Assembly (NCBI GenBank): GCA_963786955.1
Contig: CAWBAT010000006.1
Coordinates: forward strand, 576,001 to 640,000
Source of the DNA: an uncultured Acidimicrobiia bacterium
Lineage (GTDB): Bacteria > Acidobacteriota > Terriglobia > Versatilivoradales > Versatilivoraceae
Length of the DNA: 64,000 bases
Direction: 5' to 3'
This document shows positions 33,092 to 44,478 of this stretch, piece after piece (the stretch's first letter is position 1; each line of letters starts with the position of its first letter). The notes under the pieces were generated by a model that ran no database searches, was not told the DNA's origin, and was given only the letters and a program-made list of their open reading frames with translations. Both the position numbers and the translations under genes were made by a program.

Positions 33092-34099
33092 TTAGTTGAC
33101 AAGATGCTGCATGACCGCTTCAGTAAATTGTGAAGTTGTCGTGGAGCCCGCCGATATCCGGAGTCAGGAAAACGCCCCTTGTGTAGACTCTTTCAATGGC
33201 GGATTGAATGCGATGAGCCTTATCACTTTCCCCTAAATGCTGGAACATGAGAACCGACGAAAGCAACATGGCGGTGGGGTTCGCGATCCCCTTCCCCGCA
33301 ATCGTCGGAGCACTTCCGTGGACGGGCTCAAATAAGGCGCAATCTTCGCCCAAGTTGGCCCCAGGGACCAGTCCCAAGCCTCCCACGAGTCCGGCGCCCA
33401 AGTCACTGAGGATATCCCCATAGAGATTCTCGATAAGCATGACATCGAACTGTCTGTGGATTAAGAACCATCTGCATGCAGGCATTATCAACAATCAATT
33501 CTTCATAGAAGACCTCTGGATACAACTGCGCCACATCCCGTACACATTTCAGAAAGAGCCCATCACTCAATTTCATGATGTTCGCCTTATGAATTGCCGT
33601 AATTTTTTTCCGGTGGTTTTGCCGCGCATAATCAAAAGCAAATCGGGCAATTCGCGTAGAGGCTTCGGCGGTGATAATTTTCAAGCTTTCGACAACACCC
33701 GGAACCACGACATGTTCCAATCCAGAATACAAATCTTCGGTATTCTCACGGACCACAATGAGGTCTACATTTTCAAACGAAGTTTTTACGCCCGGCATGT
33801 TCCGGATGGGTCTGAAATTTGCGTAGAGGTTAAACGTTTTTCGAAGAGTCGACATTGATACTGGCAAATCCTTCCCCTACGGGGGTCGTCACGGGACCTT
33901 TGATGGCGACTCGATTTCGGCGGATAGATTCTAAGAGATCGTCGGGAAGGTGCTGCCCGCATTTCTGATAGGCCACTTCTCCCGCCTCGTAGATTTCCCA
34001 TTGCACATCAATTCCGGCAGACTCCACAACCTCTTGCATCGCGGAAGCGACTTCCGGCCCGATCCCGTCCCCAGGAATCAGAGTAATGGTGTGTTTCAT
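33092..34099 (-). CDS. Isocitrate/isopropylmalate dehydrogenase family, NAD-dependent IDH3-like (frameshifted)
   Basis: IPGDGIGPEV, KGPVTTP, RENTEDLYSG, HKANIMK, NLYGDILSDL, EPVHGSAP.IAGKGIANP. Confidence 0.88.
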
Positions 34100-34313
34100 A
34101 AGCCCTCGCATGGTTCATTATATTTCCTTCCCGTTGAATATAAAGAGACATTTGAAAAAAGAAGGATCTGAGATGGGAGTTAAGAGGATCTCCAAAAGCG
34201 CACGCATATAAGGGCCCCACACTTGATTCGGGCTGGAAATCATTTAACCTTTAAAAGGTTTATGATCAATTGCTTCCCGCGAGCGGCTATTGCATAATGG
34301 ACGATGGGTTAAA

Positions 34314-35324
34314 ATGAATCCGTGCTAGATTTATCCTTTTGATTTTGATGCTTCTCTCTGCACAGTTCCGTGCATTGCTCAAAAGGATCCCTTGTCTTTG
34401 TATTCCCAGTACGACCCTCGCGTGTCGATGTTGATCTGGTCAAGTTGGCGTTTAACGTTTTTGACAAGAAACAGGCGGCAGGTGGAGAACTTACAAAAAG
34501 GGGACCTGATTCTTTACGAGGATGAGGTCAAACAAGAGATCTCCACTTTCGGGCAGGAGAGCACCTCACTGTCAATCATCCTGCTGCTGGATACCAGTGA
34601 AAGTTTAGCTCCCTTTATCAAGCAAGCAGAATCATTAAACCGTTCATGCCCAATGTTTTGGAACCCGGGGACGAGGTAGCGGTCATCGCATTTTCTGATT
34701 CGCCGAAAATGCTCTTAGACTTTACTGAGGACAAAACCAAGGTCCGTGCCGGCTTGAACGGCGGCTTTGTACTTCTCATTGTTTCTCAAACGCTAACAAA
34801 ACGGCTTCTCAGAATGCTTCCGATTCAATTCATATCGGTGGTGCTACCAATATCAATGATTCGGTTTATGTTGCTTCCAAGAATTTGAGATGATCCGGTT
34901 CTGAAAAACGTAAAATGATTGTCTTATTATCCGATGGGATGGGGAATCGTGGAGACAGCACCAGAGCCTGCGATGAGTTGAAAGTCTCGGGTGCCACATT
35001 GATGAAATCGGACTAGGATGGACCTCAAAGTTTCACCGGAGCTCAATGCTCGTGAACCGTTGGATCAAAGAGACTGGAGGAGCCTTATTACACTACTCTC
35101 CAGAACTTGAAATGAGAGAGAACTTGCAGTCTGCTTTCCGAAAGCTCGTTCCCGATATGGAGTTGCATACTCGCCTTCAAACAAGAAAAAGGACGGCCAG
35201 TATCGACGAATTCGGATGGAAGTCTCAAGGAATTCACCCTATGCTTTCAGGAACTTGTCGATCCGCGGACCACGAGGGTTATTTTGCCCCTTTGGGTATT
35301 ATTTCAGCATTAGCTAGGGACTGA
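34314..35324 (+). CDS. VWA-domain protein (VWFA-related type), heavily frameshifted or degraded
   Basis: VENLQKGD..LYEDEVKQEI, LLLDTSES (MIDAS-like), DEVAVIAFSD and later LLSDG fragments in several frames. Confidence 0.55.
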
Positions 35325-35485
35325 TCTGGTCCCGAAAAGTAGAGTCCTACGAGCACAGCCCTCGATAGAAGGGACAGGAATCGTGAGGTTTCGACACGGA
35401 CAGTAGCCGGCTGAACAATGATCTGTTTACATTTTAAGCTTGGCATTTTAATAATCCAACTTGGTAGTCATCAATCGGTGATCTC

Positions 35486-35939
35486 ATGCCATTCAACGAA
35501 CCGCCTGGTTTTGCCAGGGCCCGGACCAAGGCCAGAAGTATGCCAATGATAAGGAACGGTCCACGAGTTACTTGGCAATGTGTTGCAGAAAGCGGTCAAG
35601 CATCAAGATCAACTGAAGGGCATATTGTGGGACTTGATGGTCCTTTACCGAATGCTCAAAGCATGGACAACGGGTGACTACAGGGAGATACCCTGGAAAA
35701 CCATTGTCATGGCTCTGGCAGCGATTTATTTCTTGAATCCGTTGGATCTGGTTCCTGATTTCATCCTTGGGATTGGCTACCTTGATGACGCCGTTGTCTT
35801 GGGTTTCGTCATGAACTCCATTCGAAAGGACGTATTTCTAAATACCGGGAGTGGGAAGAAGAAAAGGGGATCCCGACTGATCCGAATGAATCTTTCGGGC
35901 ATCATCGAGCCATCAAACTCCCTCTTGCGCGATTCTTAG
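35486..35939 (+). CDS. YkvA/DUF1232 family membrane protein (frameshifted)
   Basis: YREIPWKTI...YFLNPLDLVPDFILGIGYLDD. Confidence 0.8.
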
Positions 35940-36082
35940 CATTCCTTACTTAAGGGTCTTTTGCAAAAATACAAGCACCATTCACCCGTTTGGCTTTTCT
36001 GTTTGCAAAGAAAAAGAAGGCTATTGAGTTGAGCTTCACTGGCTTATTCTATAGAAGAATGACAACTCTCAGGAGGCATTGA

Positions 36083-36852
36083 ATGAAACTCAGTCGATAA
36101 GATCGCGCTCGTAACGGGAAGTAGTACAGGGATCGGCCAAGCAATAGCGATTCGCTTTGCAAAAGAAGGTGCGGACGTGGTGATCAACTACAACCGGACT
36201 CCCAAGGGCGCCGAAGAAGCGCTTAAAGAAGTCGAGGCGGCCGGGACGTAAAGGATTGGTAGTTCAGGCTGACCTGTCAAAAACCTCTGATGTCAGGAAC
36301 CTGGTCAGTAAGGCCATTGAGCATTTTGGCAGGCTCGACATTCTCGTCAACAATGCCGGAATCGAAATCAATGCTCCTTTCTGGGAGGTCACTGAAGAAG
36401 ATTACGACAAAGTGGTCGACCTGAATCTTAAGGCTGTATTCTTCGGAACCCAGGCAATGGTTCAACATTTAATGAAAACCAAGCGGCGAGGGAAAATCAT
36501 CAACATCAGTTCGGTTCATGAAGACCTAGCTTTCCCGAACTTTGCAGCCTATTGCTGCGCTAAAGGCGGAGTCCGGATGTTAACCCGCAATCTTGCCGTA
36601 GAGTTAGGCCCACTGGGCATCAATATCAATTCAATTGCACCCGGCGCTATTGAGACTCCCATCAATTCAGCGTTGTTGAATAACCCCAAGAAACTGAATT
36701 CTCTCTTGCATCGAATTCCTCTCGGGTACATTGCAAAACCCAAAGACGTAGCCGGAGTCGCTATTTTTCTGGCTTCAGAAGAAGCGAATTACGTAACGGG
36801 CTCTACATACTTTGTGGATGCAGGGGTCAGCTTGTTTTATGAGGAGCAATAG
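36083..36852 (+). CDS. Glucose 1-dehydrogenase-like SDR (5' frameshifts)
   Basis: VTGSSTGIG upstream of the annotated ORF; NNAGIE, ISSVHE, YCCAKGG, PGAIETPIN. Confidence 0.85.
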
Positions 36853-37023
36853 AGTTATCCGCAAGAACCCGCAGAGGTCTTCTCTGCGTCACCCCGGCCA
36901 CTGCCCCACGCTTCACACTTAATTGCCAACAAATGGATCCATGACGTGGAAGGCGAAGCCTGCAACGCCGAAGAAAAACACGGCCTCGTGGATTCGGCCC
37001 TCCAGGCCAAATAATGAATTATC

Positions 37024-37064
37024 GGCTCCCCTCTGCGTGGGAGAGGGGATCGGGGGTGAGGGGA
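37024..37064. repeat. Intergenic CCCCTCT..GGGAGAGGGG..GGGGTGAGGGG hairpin repeat
   Basis: Similar to 15677-15724; lies between converging genes. Confidence 0.6.
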
Positions 37065-37114
37065 GAATGCGGCGCGAGTGGGAGGAAACCTGGGTGGCGC
37101 AACCCTACCGGGGA

Positions 37115-38761
37115 TCATGCTTGAGAGAGCGCCGATCCTTGTGGGGTTTCGATGGTCTGTTTGGGGACGGGAGCCGAATTCGACAAAGTCAACATGAGAG
37201 GCAGTTGAAATGACCGAATGCTTTTTGAATTTAGCATCGTTCTTAAAGGGATGATCGGACCGATACTGCGCACCACGGCTTTCGTCTCTGGCCATCGCAG
37301 AAACGATAACTAACTCCGCCACCGTAATTAAATTGAGCAACTCACAAGCCGCCCGGTTGGCGGTTGTTTTCTTGAGGTGCGAGCCCAGATGCATCAGGTG
37401 GCGTAATGCTTCCTGCAGCTCACGCCCGTCCCGCAATATTCCAACTTTCTCCCACATCAGACGCTGGACAGAAGTCCTGATTTCCTTTAATCGTTGCAGC
37501 TCAGCCCCGCTGTCCTCCCAATTTAAAGACAGAGAAGGCAATGCAGGAGAAGCCTCCTGCATAGGGTCCGAAATAACTGCGCGACCTGCTCTGGCGCCAT
37601 ACACCAAGCCCTCCAATAAAGAGTTGCTGGCCAAACGGTTTGCGCCATGAACCCCCGTACAAGCGACTTCACCGGCCGCATAGAGATTTTTTAATGAAGT
37701 TCTCCCATGCAGATCCGTTTTAACTCCCCCCATCAAATAATGGGCCGCCGGATGAGTGGGAATCATATCCACGGTAATATCGATGTTGTAATTCATGCAA
37801 GTGGCATAGACCTTGGGAAATCGCTTCTTAATGAGGTTTGCATCCAAATGAGTCAAATCCAGGTAGACAAAGTTACTGTTGGTCTTTTTCATTTCCGCCG
37901 TGATCGCCCGTGAGACCACATCTCGAGGAGCCAATTCGCCCATTTCATGATACTGGCGCATGAACCGCTCACAATCAATATTGCGAAGGCATCCTCCTTC
38001 TCCGCGGATGGCCTCAGTGAGCAGAAATCGGGGGGCTCCGGAAAGAAACGAGGCCGTAGGATGAAATTGGAAAAATTCCATGTCCGCCATCGAGCCCCGG
38101 CGCGATGTGCCATGGCCAATCCATCCCCGGTGGCCAGATCCGGATTGGTCGTTTCGGAATAGACTTGCCCGGCTCCTCCTGAAGACAGAATCGTCCGTTT
38201 CGCCTAAATCCGTTTCACTTTCCGGTCTTCTTCATCCAGGTAGTAGGCGCCCAGAACGGTGCCATCATTGGCCAGGAGATCCAGCGTAAAACAATGTGAT
38301 TTCAAGCTGATGTTTGGAATTGAGGCAGCCCTCTTGAGAAGCACTCGAATGATTTCGTGCCCAGTCGAGTCCCCTTGCGCATGCAGCACGCGCGAGCGGC
38401 TATGGGCCGCTTCCTTCGAAAAGGACAGATGAGTTCCCTCCCGATCAAACGCAGTCCCCCATTCAATGAGCTCGGTGATGAAGGTAATACCCTCTTCCAC
38501 TAGGACCTTGACCGCATCCGGGAAACACAAACCGTCTCCGGCGCGAATCGTGTCTTCAAAATGAAGGCTCACTTCATCTTCATCACTCAACGCAACGGCG
38601 ATACCACCCTGAGCATATTGAGTATTGGATTCATCCGGGAAATCTTTAGTTAACACAATGACTTTTCCGGCCTCACTGGCTTCGATAGCGGCTCGTAATC
38701 CGGCAATTCCACTCCCAATGATCAGAAAATCTGTTTCGAGGATCTCAGAGTTAGGACTCAT
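37115..38761 (-). CDS. nadB: L-aspartate oxidase (frameshifted)
   Basis: [60 protein letters not shown]. The 3' end is inferred; the ORF track reads through to 36855. Confidence 0.92.
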
Positions 38762-39176
38762 GCAGCTCCATTTCCCGTGCACGGGTTATTTCGACGATGC
38801 TTCTGAATGTTACTTTACAGTTGTTTAGTGTCTTAAGGCAACTTTGTTAAAGGGCGAGCGGCATGGAAACGGAATTCCTCCTTTTTCTGAAACGGCCTTA
38901 TTGGATTCCATGGTATAGTGGGCGCCTCTGAAACGCCCGTTGCACAGGGGCAGGTAGAGAGAATTGCAGAGACACGGAGGAACCAAGCAGGATTTGCCGG
39001 TGGCGTGAAAGCTAGGGAAAATATTCCTCTCGATCGGGGGAAATCCTGCGTGCCTAAAGAGATTTTGAGAGCTTTCAATTTAAAAATGGCTTGGACCTTT
39101 TCTGAGGGCTTAATCTTAAACCGGAACGCTGTGCGCCACGCGATTCTGTCATTCGAACACGAAGAGATCGCCCACA

Positions 39177-40270
39177 ATGAAGTCCATCCCTGTCAACTGT
39201 GAAGGCCGCTCTTACAAAGTTCATGTTGGGCTTGGAATTTTTCCCCGCGCCGGGAGAATTCTCAAAGACTTGAACCTTTCGAAGCGGCTCGTCGTGATCT
39301 CCAACCGCCAGGTCCTTAAGCTCTATGGGACAACATTGGATCAGTCGTTCCGCGCAGCAGGGTTTGACGTTTCAATCATCAGCCTGCCGGATGGAGAACG
39401 CTACAAATCACTCGCGACAATCGAGAAAGATCTACCATCGAATGCTTCAATTGCGGCTGGACCGCAAAAGCACGCTCGTGGCTTTCGGCGGAGGCGTGGT
39501 CGGTGACATGGTCGGGTTTGCCGCCGCGACTTACCTGCGTGGAATTGCCTGCATTCAGATCCCCACAACACTGCTGGCTCAAATTGACAGCTGCGATTGG
39601 GGGAAAGACTGGTGTGAATCTCAAAGGCGGAAAAAATCTGGTCGGCGCTTTTTATCAGCCGATGGCCGTCATTGCCGATCCCTCACTGCTCGTCTCCTTG
39701 CCGGCACGCCAATTTCATTCAGGCCTTTATGAGGCCATTAAATATGGAATCATCCGAAGTCGCAATTTGTTTGATCTGATCACTCAAAAACATTCCCGTT
39801 TTCCCCGCAAGGAGAGAAATCGTCTCGAACAGATGGTCGCAGAATGTGCGGCGATCAAAGCTGACGTTGTCTCGGCGAGATGAAAGAGAGTCCGGCCTTC
39901 GCATGATTCTCAATTACGGGCACACCATTGGACACGCTCTCGAAGCCGCTACCCAATACCGGCGCTTCACTCACGGGGAGGCCATCGGCCACGGCATGAT
40001 CATGGCGAGCCAGTTAGCCGAGGCCCTCGGAAAAATTGAGCCGGTCTGAATCCCAAGAAATGATTCGCGTCATTCAACAGCTCTCACCACTCCCTTCAGT
40101 TCGTTCTCTAAGACCCCAACAGATCTTCCGCTATCTGCTCTCGGATAAGAAGATCATTGAGCAGCGACTTAGATTTGTTCTCCCTGTAGGTATCGGCGCT
40201 GTTGAAATTGCTTCAGACGTGCCCCGTTCTGCTGGTCGAACAACGTTCTTCGTTCCTACCTCCATGCTCG
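39177..40270 (+). CDS. aroB: 3-dehydroquinate synthase (frameshifted)
   Basis: [59 protein letters not shown]. End approximate. Confidence 0.92.
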
Positions 40271-40974
40271 GTCCTAAAGCCGCCGAAATCCGTCGGATGT
40301 TCACGGCGATTGCCTATCGTTACGATTTTCTGAATCATCTGCTTTCCCTGAATATCGACCGGATCTGGCGCCGAAAAGCTGTTCAGATGCTGAAAGAGCC
40401 ACTGGGACAATCGAAGGCTCTTTGTCTCGATCTTTGCTGCGGAACAGGAGATCTTTCCTTTGCCATGCGGGCACGCGGAGTCGCCCGGGTTGTCGGGTCG
40501 GACTTCAGCCACACGATGCTGCAGCGGAATCAAGAAAAGATCCGGCAATGCGGGCTTGAGTCAAGCCATTTTCATCGTGGAAGCCGATGCCTTGTCGCTT
40601 CCATTCAAGTCAGATAGCTTTGATGGTTTGGCGATTGCATTTGGATTGAGAAATCTCGAGAATGTCAGTGCCGGGTTAATGGAAATGCACCGGGTCTTGA
40701 AACCCGGAGGCAAGCTGGTGGTGCTGGAATTCTCGCGCTTGACTCACCCATCTGCTGGACAGGGCATTTCAGTTTTATTTTCGCAATATCCTGCCGAGAA
40801 TCGGAGCCTTATTCTCCAGACATCCTATCCGCTTACTCTTATCTGCCCGCTTCGGTGCTTCAATTTCCCAACCAGGAACAGCTCAAAGGAGTTTTTGTGG
40901 AATGCGGTTTCCGGAACGTGAGTTATCGGAATCTGAGCGCAGGCATTGCTGCGATCCATTATGGCGAGAAGTGA
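40264..40974 (+). CDS. ubiE: Demethylmenaquinone/ubiquinone C-methyltransferase (frameshifted)
   Basis: [49 protein letters not shown]. Confidence 0.9.
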
Positions 40975-41029
40975 TCCAGCCTTGCATGATGTAATTATTG
41001 ACTGAAACGTCAACTCTGCGGAGCGGAAA

Positions 41030-41523
41030 TTGCCATTTCCATTGAGAATACCGAGATTTGCCATTGTGATCCTGGCTATGGGATTTGTCACTGCCGTGGG
41101 AATTTGGATTACTTCCCCTTTGAGGTCCCCTGTCCCCACTCCAGATAGATTCTTGGAAGAATTTTTCATGCATAGTCCTTCAAAAGAAACACTCAAAGCT
41201 GAAGCCAAGGAGAGGCGTGCTCGGATAAGAAAATCCTGTGTGGAGGAATATAGAGGCAATGAAATCTGTCGAGTTCATCATGAACCCTGAGGCCGGACGC
41301 CGTAATGGTCTACGGAGGAGGGCTCCCTCCGAAGCTCTCTGAAGCCAGCAAATTATTCTTCCCGAATTCAAATAAAGTATTCTTTGGCGATGACAACTAT
41401 CGAACGAGATTGGACTTTGATTGTGTGTTGTATTGTCCCATATGCAGAAAAGCGGAGAGCGAGTGGAGAGCACACCACCCTGAGAAACCGCGGCCCGAAG
41501 AAATACCCGAGGATGATGACTGA
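41030..41523 (+). CDS. Membrane-anchored hypothetical protein with CxxH...CxxC motif (frameshift near 41290)
   Basis: N-terminal TM segment; ICRVHHEP joined to VYGGG..FPNS..VLYCPICR. Confidence 0.55.
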
Positions 41524-41679
41524 TTTGCATAGTACCCAGGTACCCTTGGAGCAGCAGTACTCTTAACAGAAAGACCTGATTCTTCCCGCTACAATGCGCG
41601 ACTCCATGAACACGAATCTATCCCCAATTCCGAAGTAAGAAACAAAATCTTGTGTCAGTTACGGGGATAAATCCATGGT

Positions 41680-41733
41680 TGTAGCTGGGGCCGTTGGCCT
41701 CGGACAGGGACCGGCCTCAGCGAGGCTGACTAC
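41680..41733. repeat. REP-like unit, reverse-complement copy of the 794-1025 unit
   Basis: TGTAGCTGGGGCCGTTGGCCTCGGACAGGGACCGGCCTCAGCGAGGCTGACTAC. Confidence 0.8.
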
Positions 41734-42132
41734 CTCGAGATTGGATATTTGTTGGCACCCAGGATTCAGTAACGGTGCAGGCTTCCAAGCTTATATTGGT
41801 GGCACTATCGTTTCGTTTCGTCATTTGAAAATAGGTCTACGAAGCGGTCCATTCGCAGTCCTTCAGACATCCAGCGGCCTGAAGGGCCGCCACAATTTAG
41901 CCCAAGGGCAGAGCGCAGGGGCAATGCACGCAGCGCCGCCCTGGGTTGCGATCCCAATGAATCATCGGAGCCCTGTAAGGGCGCGACAATCGTGACAAGA
42001 GTTGTGTTGCACCCCTACAGGGTGCCCTTTCGTGGGTGGGGCCTGTGACCCAGGGGGCCGCTCCGGGCTTCGCCCTCCACTCTGGGCTATTTTATCTTGC
42101 CCTTCAGGGCAGCCGAAATGTCCAATCTCCAG
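41734..42132. mobile_element. MITE-like element of about 400 bp with 17-bp TIRs and a long REPIN-like internal palindrome
   Basis: CTCGAGATTGGATATTT / AAATGTCCAATCTCCAG, 15/17 match. Internal CCTGAAGGGC...CCCTGTAAGGG...CCCTACAGGG...GCCCTTCAGGG (41874-42112). Confidence 0.75.
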
Positions 42133-42196
42133 AGTCCCCCTTCCGCCAAGTGGCGGATGGCCGGCTACAGCACAAGCCCACGTGACGAAGAAGTAT

Positions 42197-42373
42197 TCAT
42201 TTCCAGACCTTGGCGGATTTATCCCAACGATACACTTTTATGCGGCTGGCGATATTGAAACTGATTGCAGAAGCGTCTCCTTGATCGTTTTCCAGGTAAA
42301 CCGTTCCAATGCCTCCGTTGATCTTGCCGAGCGGATTGTAAATAATCCTGTCACTGCCAAACGTAATCGGGTC
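42197..42373 (-). pseudogene. 5'-truncated copy of the FimT/GspH-like pilin gene at 46514-47068
   Basis: 58-aa C-terminus identical at 49 positions to that of 46514-46690; no prepilin leader or hydrophobic helix upstream. Confidence 0.8.
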
Positions 42374-42661
42374 CATCTTTATTCGGACCCTCAAAGACAT
42401 ACGCCCAGTATCCCCCTGAATAGTTCCGGCTTGTAGCATCTTCCACAGACTTTCTTGTCCTTTTCTATCCGGATTCGTGACATGATGATTTCCCCTGAAC
42501 TCTACTGCATCGCCTAACCAGACTGGGGATCATACTCGCGCAACTGGTCACAGATTAAGAAAAACCAGAATATTTGCAACCAAGGCACCTCGCGAGAATA
42601 CCTACCTAATTCATTGAAAACAAATACAATACTCCTCCTCAGGCCTGTCTGAAAGTTAACC

Positions 42662-42688
42662 TAAAGTTTACTGTCAAATAGCCGAATA
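42662..42688 (+). promoter_or_regulatory. Sigma28 (FliA/SigD/WhiG)-type promoter
   Basis: TAAAGTTT-N11-GCCGAATA versus consensus TAAAGTTT-N11-GCCGATAA; GGAGG SD and ATG (42709) follow. Confidence 0.7.
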
Positions 42689-42708
42689 AGACAATGCGGG
42701 AGGCTCTA

Positions 42709-43287
42709 ATGACGCGCAGCCGGTCAAAAGCAGGTTTCACGATGTCTGAAGTGGTTGTTGTCCTCGCAATTGTGGCAACGATGTTGGGGGCAATCATCCC
42801 AAATCTCATGACAGCAATCCAAAACTATCGTCTCAGCTCCTCCGCCCGTGACGTAGCAAGCCAGATTCAAAACGCCCGCTATCGCTCCCTGAAGAATAAC
42901 GCCGTGTGTTCCTTCATGCTGTTGCCAAGTGGCGGGCAGTTTGGTGTTGACTTGAGTGGAGACGGAAACATCTCGACGGGAACCACCGATGTCATTCTTC
43001 CTCTGAACTCCAATGTCTCCTTTACCGACTTGAATACTCCTCCTGCAAGTCTAACCAGTGTGACTACTCTGAGTACCGGATCTAAGAGCGGCATCGGATT
43101 CACACCACGCGGAACTCTCGCAAACATTAATACGACAACCGGATTGCCAGACTTTACGACAGCTCTCCCTGCTAACGGTTTTGTCATGTACCTTTCAAAC
43201 ACAAGAAACAAATACATGGCCATCACCGTAAGTCCGGCAGGGCGGGTACGAACCTGGAGTTCCAGCAACGGATCGACGTGGAGATGA
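42709..43287 (+). CDS. Type IV minor pilin, FimT/FimU (GspH)-like, cassette 1
   Basis: Prepilin site KAG|FTMSE plus hydrophobic helix; IGFTPRG; ITVSPAGRV. Confidence 0.85.
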   Translation: MTRSRSKAGFTMSEVVVVLAIVATMLGAIIPNLMTAIQNYRLSSSARDVASQIQNARYRSLKNNAVCSFMLLPSGGQFGVDLSGDGNISTGTTDVILPLNSNVSFTDLNTPPASLTSVTTLSTGSKSGIGFTPRGTLANINTTTGLPDFTTALPANGFVMYLSNTRNKYMAITVSPAGRVRTWSSSNGSTWR

Positions 43288-43328
43288 ACAACTCTTACCC
43301 TGTCGACGACCGGATAAGGATTATTCCA

Positions 43329-43823
43329 ATGAAAATGAAACAAAGCAGGCGAGTGGTCAATCACAAGCAAAACGGCATGGCATCAGAAAGAGGTTTTACT
43401 CTGATCGAACTGATGATTGCCTCTCTTGTGTTGATTGTCGGATTGGCTGCGGTTGCGACAATGATCAGCTACGCTTTGACCTCGAATCTTATTACTAAGA
43501 ATGAATCCCTCGCTCTGAGTTTGGCCGAAAGAGAATTGGAACGGATCAAGGGTCTGAGTATCAATGATACGTTGCTTGCGGCAGGAGGAAGCACGGTCGC
43601 AAGCAACGGGAAAATTAGCTACAGTGGAAGTGCCGTTGCAAATTATGGCCGTGCGGTGACAGTGCCGGATGCCTATCAGGTTGGCAAATCGGCAAACTTT
43701 GACGTCCGATGGAACGTCACCGACATTGCGACAAACATCAAGAAGATAACCATCGCGTCTGTGAGAACGGGTGAAAGCGGACGATTTAATGCGGTTCAAC
43801 TGACTTACGTAAAAGCCCGATAG
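43329..43823 (+). CDS. Type IV minor pilin, PilV-like, cassette 1
   Basis: ERG|FTLIELMIA; LAERELERIK; VRWNV. Start uncertain. Confidence 0.85.
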   Translation: MKMKQSRRVVNHKQNGMASERGFTLIELMIASLVLIVGLAAVATMISYALTSNLITKNESLALSLAERELERIKGLSINDTLLAAGGSTVASNGKISYSGSAVANYGRAVTVPDAYQVGKSANFDVRWNVTDIATNIKKITIASVRTGESGRFNAVQLTYVKAR

Positions 43824-43836
43824 GTATGGAACATTT

Positions 43837-44463
43837 ATGAACCTAATGAAGACAGACGGAACCAAACAAGGTTTTTCTTTGTTGGAAATGATGATCGTGC
43901 TAGCGGTCTTTTCTTTTATTACAGGGGGATTATTTAACGTACTCCAACGCAGCCAGGCTCGCTACCAGTTCGAAGAGGACGTGACAGAAGCACAGCAGAC
44001 AGCCCGGACGACGGTAGACATGATGGAGAGGGAGATCCGGCTCGCCGGATTCCCCAAAGTCACCTACTACGATGCTGCTCTGGGGTATACAACCAACAGC
44101 AACACCATTTCTTCCGGATTCGTGACCGTCAGTTCGACGGACCTGGTATTTGAGGGCGACATCAATGAAGACGGGATCGTCGATGTTGTCGAATACCGCC
44201 TCAATGGAACGGTGCTCGAACGCAGCGCTGTCGCCAAACCCGGCGGTGTTACAGCGGCAACTCCAGCCTTCAAGACCCTGGCAGAAAATGTACGCAGTCT
44301 CGCTTTTACCTACTTCGACACAGGCGGGAATTCCACCGGTACAGCGGCTAACGTCAAGCGTGTTACTGTGAACTTGAACTTGAGCACAAACTTTGTGGAT
44401 CCGGAAAACCGGAGGTTGCGTACGGTCTCTGCGACAACTTCTGCACTGGCAAGAAATCTCTAA
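43837..44463 (+). CDS. Type IV minor pilin, PilW-like, cassette 1
   Basis: KQG|FSLLEMMI; MEREIRLAG; LAENV..LAFTYFD. Confidence 0.87.
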   Translation: MNLMKTDGTKQGFSLLEMMIVLAVFSFITGGLFNVLQRSQARYQFEEDVTEAQQTARTTVDMMEREIRLAGFPKVTYYDAALGYTTNSNTISSGFVTVSSTDLVFEGDINEDGIVDVVEYRLNGTVLERSAVAKPGGVTAATPAFKTLAENVRSLAFTYFDTGGNSTGTAANVKRVTVNLNLSTNFVDPENRRLRTVSATTSALARNL

Positions 44464-44478
44464 AATGGGGAGTATGAC

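Noticed and set aside
36855-37114. C-terminal extension of NadB
   Set aside because: The extension translates intergenic hairpin repeats; a single indel gives a normal stop near 37115.
38762-38850. NAD+ (nadA-motif) riboswitch upstream of nadB
   Set aside because: A TTGCCT...TAAAGT promoter-like pair leaves only a leader of about 45 nt with no resemblance to the motif.
41675-42436. ORFs 41675-41995 and 42002-42436 (likewise 767-1024, 15602-15910, 22622-22882, 60638-61255)
   Set aside because: They run through GC-rich palindromic repeats or shadow real genes, with no recognisable protein features.
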